Below, piece after piece: positions 59,616 to 64,000 of a stretch of 64,000 nucleotides of DNA. Each line of letters starts with the position of its first letter. Position 1 is the first letter of the stretch. A program made the position numbers and the translations under genes. Source of the stretch: Octopus sinensis (Eukaryota); the NCBI RefSeq assembly GCF_006345805.1, contig NC_043017.1:18786001-18850000 (forward strand). The letters run 5' to 3'. The notes below the pieces were generated by a model, which was not told the DNA's origin, ran no database searches, and was given only the letters and a program-made list of their open reading frames with translations.

Positions 59616-60269
59616 CCTAAATTGTTTGTAGAGGCACAAAGGTTGACAACTCCTGACATAGAAACTCATATTCAGGTAATATATTATTTTTAAAACTCAA
59701 ACTGGAAGATAATTAACACGATCAACAACACAAAACATAAATGTTGACAGTATTAAAAATATCCCCTAATTATAAACAAGGTGGACACTGTATAGTGTCG
59801 AAACAACAAAAACATGCAAGTGACGTATTAAATACAAAAAATCACAAAATATTGATAGAAGGAAAGACGGCAACATGAAGAAAAATAATACCTCGTATAA
59901 ATCACTAGCCTACTCAGCTAGCCAGTGGGATGGCATTATTCCAAAGCTAAAACAGTGGAAAGCGCATTACGATCAGCGATCGAATTGTCTGATCGATATT
60001 GTGATGAATCACAACTACCGATAAGTCAGTCTTGTTATGTGTGTTGATCGACGGCGAAGTCTTTACTGCTACATGTATACATACACATAAATATGAATGT
60101 AGGTAGTAAATATGATTCTATTTTTCAAGCTAAATAAATTTTCCTTTCACAAGATTCAAAAGTGTTTAACTAGAAATACTTGTCAATGGCAGTGTAAAAT
60201 CCATATCCGCTTGAGCATGCGTAGTAAATCATGTAATAAAACTTCTACGTCGTGTCGTCTCAAATATTG

Positions 60270-60410
60270 ATTTTAAATTTTGGCACAAAACCAGCGATAT
60301 TGCGGGAAGGGTAAATCGATTACATCGACTCTAAAAGGATGAAAGGCAGAGTCGGTCTCGACGGAATTTAAACTCAGAGCTAACGATTTTGCCGACTCGC
60401 CAATGGTAGT
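60270..60410 (-). mobile_element. SINE family 2 fragment
   Basis: AAAGGATGAAAGGCAGAGTCG...GGAATTTAAACTCAGAGC is the reverse complement of the family-2 core. Confidence 0.6.
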
Positions 60411-60695
60411 TAGGGTTGGATGAGTAGGTTAGAATGAGTAATATTTACTGTATTGTTGACTTTGGGAAAAAAGAAATTTTTACAAATGTTTATTACCTAA
60501 CAAAAACTATATCAGCTAAGCAAATGACCTCTAAATGTATTAAAAACACTATGGCATATTCAGAACACTGTTTCAAAAAGTTATCTCCCATCTCTTAGAT
60601 ATCTAAAAGACGAATTTAGGCGGGGCAAAATTAGTAGGACAGGATAGCATAGATTTACATCTTCAGTTGTCCAGAATTACATTTCAAAAATACTC

Positions 60696-60918
60696 ACCCT
60701 TTCGTTACCAACCCGGCTGAAACCGGCTCTGGTTCTGAGTACAAATGTCCTGTTTTCAAAAGTTTTGAATTAAAAATCTTCCACCAAACCTCAGTCACAA
60801 TTTATGTTCATAACACTAGCTGAATGATAACTAAGTTATTTTACTAAATTCTTTGTTATATTTAAAGTAATTGAAAGAAACACAGAACATCTCAAAATAA
60901 ATACAGTAACGAAAGGGT
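60696..60918. mobile_element. piggyBac-like MITE with perfect 13-bp terminal inverted repeat
   Basis: ACCCTTTCGTTAC (60696-60708) / GTAACGAAAGGGT (60906-60918). CCCTTT termini are piggyBac-like; TTAA target site is degenerate. Confidence 0.7.
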
Positions 60919-62544
60919 TATCCATCCTTAGATATCAGGAAGATCATAAATGCACCAAAAGCTTTAAATAGCCGGGTCAAATAAAAGAGGATCATGGATA
61001 AATGACACATGATATGAAATTAATGAGACTCAACATGATATATTCTCTATAGCTTCTTTACGAACTGCAGGAGTGGTTCTCTTCATGATATAATTATTGG
61101 AATTAGTGATTGTGAAATCAGAAAATTATCAAATTACACATTAGTGTGGAATACAACAGAGAAAAGACGGATTTAATCTTTCTCATTTGCAAATTGAGCC
61201 CCTCCCCACCTAATTTTGCTCAGATTGCTTTCAATTTTGGTGTATAAATGCAACTCTGAATTTTTATTACGACCAACCAATTACTTTATCTCGTAAATTT
61301 AAGAATCTGATGTTATTTGGAATTAAAGTTGGGAAATTTGGGTAATTTTGGCCAACGAACAGACAATGTGGTATTAGCAGCTTGTTACCATGACAACTGC
61401 ACAATGTGTTGTGGTTTGCTGTTGTCTGTGTATATTTTTCACACTTAGTATTTTTACAGATTTTTTCATTTCATATATTTTGGGGACTCATTGACTCAGA
61501 TAGCTGGATTTATGATTTCACTATTCATAAGAAATTAAATTAGGGGTATTTCTTAAACCATTAGCTTCACATTTCAACAGCTTAACTGAAATTTAGCCCA
61601 CATAACAGGAACCGAGAGGGATATTGTGGAACACAGTAACTGTGGGTGATACAGATAATTTGACATTATTGTTGATTTCTGCATGCATAAACATATAAGA
61701 TACTGGTATTCTTTTCCTTGGGACAAATTCGTTGTTGATCAGTGTTATTCTTATTGTAATTTAGAAATCCAAGCATGAAAATGTTATTCAATTTTGGAGT
61801 TTTGAAGACAGACACCCCATTTTCACAGACACACACATGCACTTATATATTATACATAAATATATGACAGGTATATACATAACACTGAATTATGCATTAA
61901 GTAAACACATGCAAATAAATATATTAAAGAACAAAGTTTTAAAAGTGATAAAACCATACAATCAATGAAGAGACAAAAGAAACAGTGAGATGATCCATGT
62001 TGATTTTATTAAGTATTTCTGTTTATTTAGAAACCTACAATGAACAGGTAAGACACTAAACTATAAATTTCACAGGATACAACCTTAAAGTTGACACTGC
62101 TCTACTAAAGGCAGAAAATTTCTGTCTTGCTATTGGATAAAGATACCCCGTTGATTTTTAAACCTCTATAACTTTTTCCCCACATCACACCTTCAAAGCA
62201 ATGAGACTGGAAGGCTACATTATTATAGCCAATTTTCAGATTTTTTATTTCCTTTTTAAAAATTGCATATTTTGCATATGAAAAAGACTAGATCTGAAAA
62301 TAATATTGATTGCAAAACACTAAAAATTATCCACATATTTTATTAGCAACCTCAATTACAATCGTGTCAAAGTTGCATCTTGAAATAATAACAATATGTT
62401 GTCTAATTTTAACACCCAAATATGGTGGAATAGCACATAATGAGGATACAGTACTTGCAATGTAATAGATTCAAAGAAGTAGGGGGAAGTAAGGAAAAAT
62501 TAGAAATTACTCATTGTACCTACACCCCAGCACTTGTGCTGACT

Positions 62545-62730
62545 TTGTTGGCATTATTTACGTCTAAATTAAGGCGGCTATGTTCTGAGTTCAAATTCTG
62601 CAGAGGTCGACTTTGCCTTTCATCCTTTTGGGGTCAATAAATTAAGTACCAGTGAAACACTGGGTCGATGTAATCGACTAGTCCCCATCCCCCAAATTTC
62701 AGGCCTTGTGCCTATAGTAGAAAGGATTAT
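62545..62730 (+). mobile_element. SINE family 2
   Basis: GTTCTGAGTTCAAATTCTGCAGAGGTCGACTTTGCCTTTCATCC. Confidence 0.7.
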
Positions 62731-63689
62731 TTGTATCTAAGTTGTTCATCTCATCTTTCCAGGTTCGCTCATCAACCACAGCTTATCCAGGTTCATCCTG
62801 GATATCTGCCTTAGAATTCGGAGCTTCTTCCAGCTAGTTTAAAAGTTCAACATTTTAAAACATTATTAGTTTCTTAAAAAGAATACATGCTATGGGGAAA
62901 ATGAAGACAGTTTTCAAATCAGCATGAAAAATATATTTTGATCCACACAAACACAAATCTTTGACAGAAATTCCTTGATGAATAGAATGAACATTTTTTA
63001 CAAAGTAAAAACCAAAAAGATTTCATTAATTAGCTTTATTTTATTGTTTAAATCACAAATCTTTCCATTGTTAAATACATAAAATTTAACACGGAATATA
63101 GAATAGATACAAATATGAATGAAGAGAAGATCGATTTTATACAAACACCAAAAATTATCTTTGATAGAAAATGTTTGTTGAAGACTCATTATTTTCATTA
63201 ATTTGCTGGAGTATATACACGAATGAATGTATAAAAGAGAAAGTATATAAGACATCATACTTATAGCCCAATGTGGTATGATGAAATAATTTTTATCGTT
63301 TGCAATTTGTGCTTCAAACACAACTGTACAATGATGTTATCCATGAATTATGAGACTATATTTCTCAGTTATTTACCCATAATGTTCAATAAATTTATTA
63401 TATCCTGCTTTCCCACAGGAAATATATTAGCTACAATTTATATATTTTTTCTGAAACAATATTTTTCTTAAAACTATCAAAGTGCTAAGTTATGTGAATG
63501 TAGATATTAGTTGTGGTTATGTAAAATATAGCTTTTGGAGATAGTTCTGTGTACCTTCCTTTGTCAATCATTTATAGCTAGGTAGTTTTTCAGACTGCTG
63601 TGGTGCATTGCTGTTACAAGAAGACCCATTCACAACAATAGGAACGATATCCTACAACCAAAGTGCCGAACACAAAGTATTGGTGTTGG

Positions 63690-63912
63690 TGCCATGTAAT
63701 AAGCACTGGTGTTGGTTCTTGTACAAAACACAAGTGATAGTGTCACATACAAGAACATAGCACACTCTGTAAAGTCATTAGCATTAGGTCATCCAGCAGC
63801 AGAAAGCATACCAAAATAGACTAGGAAACCTGGTATGGCCTTGGCTCTGCAGTTCCTGTCTAGCCATCCGACCCATGCCCGCCTGGAAAGCAGATGTTAA
63901 TGATAATGATGC
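63690..63912 (+). mobile_element. RTE-tail SINE, degenerate
   Basis: CACACTCTGTAAAG...CCCATGCCCGCCTGGAAAGCAGATGTTAATGATAATGATG. Confidence 0.6.
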
Positions 63913-63936
63913 TAATATCCTCATACAGTGATACAA

Positions 63937-63999
63937 TTATTTTTCTGTGTGAATAAACAGATGTGCAGATAAGTGACATTTCTGAGGAAATGACTTACC
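63937..63999 (-). CDS. C-terminal end of a ninth C2H2 ZNF gene (ZNF-I), continuing beyond the window
   Basis: Minus frame GKSFPQKCHLSAHLFIHTEK* (TAA at 63939-63937). Whether the upstream ORF is intact cannot be seen. Confidence 0.65.
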   Translation of the reverse strand, partial: GKSFPQKCHLSAHLFIHTEK

Positions 64000-64000
64000 G

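Noticed and set aside
61130-62440. Possible additional MITEs or DNA-transposon relics
   Set aside because: No termini or second copies could be matched by eye; needs RepeatMasker with a cephalopod library.
1-64000. Prokaryotic or viral system (operon, prophage, defence island)
   Set aside because: No bacterial-type genes. Splice signals, SINEs, LINEs and C2H2 arrays indicate an animal nuclear genome.

Overview
AT-rich eukaryotic (animal) DNA. The repeat families and gene content point to an octopus or other coleoid cephalopod genome; this is inference, not a database match. The window is a clustered array of KRAB-less C2H2 zinc-finger (ZNF) genes: 8 complete single-coding-exon genes (called ZNF-A to ZNF-H here, 10-17 fingers each, strands + - + - - + + -) plus the last finger of a ninth (ZNF-I) at the right edge. 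The genes appear to have grown by tandem and inverted duplication of a unit made of an upstream non-coding cassette, an intron, a conserved splice acceptor with a micro-uORF, a ~33-aa N-terminal peptide and the finger array. They are embedded in dense transposon debris: mariner, Tigger/pogo, Merlin, piggyBac-like and hAT-like MITEs, Helentron-like HINEs, CR1-, RTE- and RLE-type LINEs, Penelope-like elements and several SINE families. Most interesting: (1) a conserved N-terminal peptide combining a SUMO-acceptor motif (I/V-K-x-E) with a SIM-like V/I-I-D-F, a candidate KRAB-independent effector module; (2) an uninterrupted 630-codon Tigger transposase with two of three catalytic Asp replaced, at the axis of a head-to-head ZNF pair; (3) a conserved upstream cassette and micro-uORF; (4) a promoter-less coding exon that may be an alternative terminal exon; (5) a hammerhead-ribozyme-like motif beside a Penelope relic. 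The supplied ORF track uses GTG/TTG starts; I moved starts to the first ATG where needed. Repeat boundaries were read by eye and are approximate (tens of bp).
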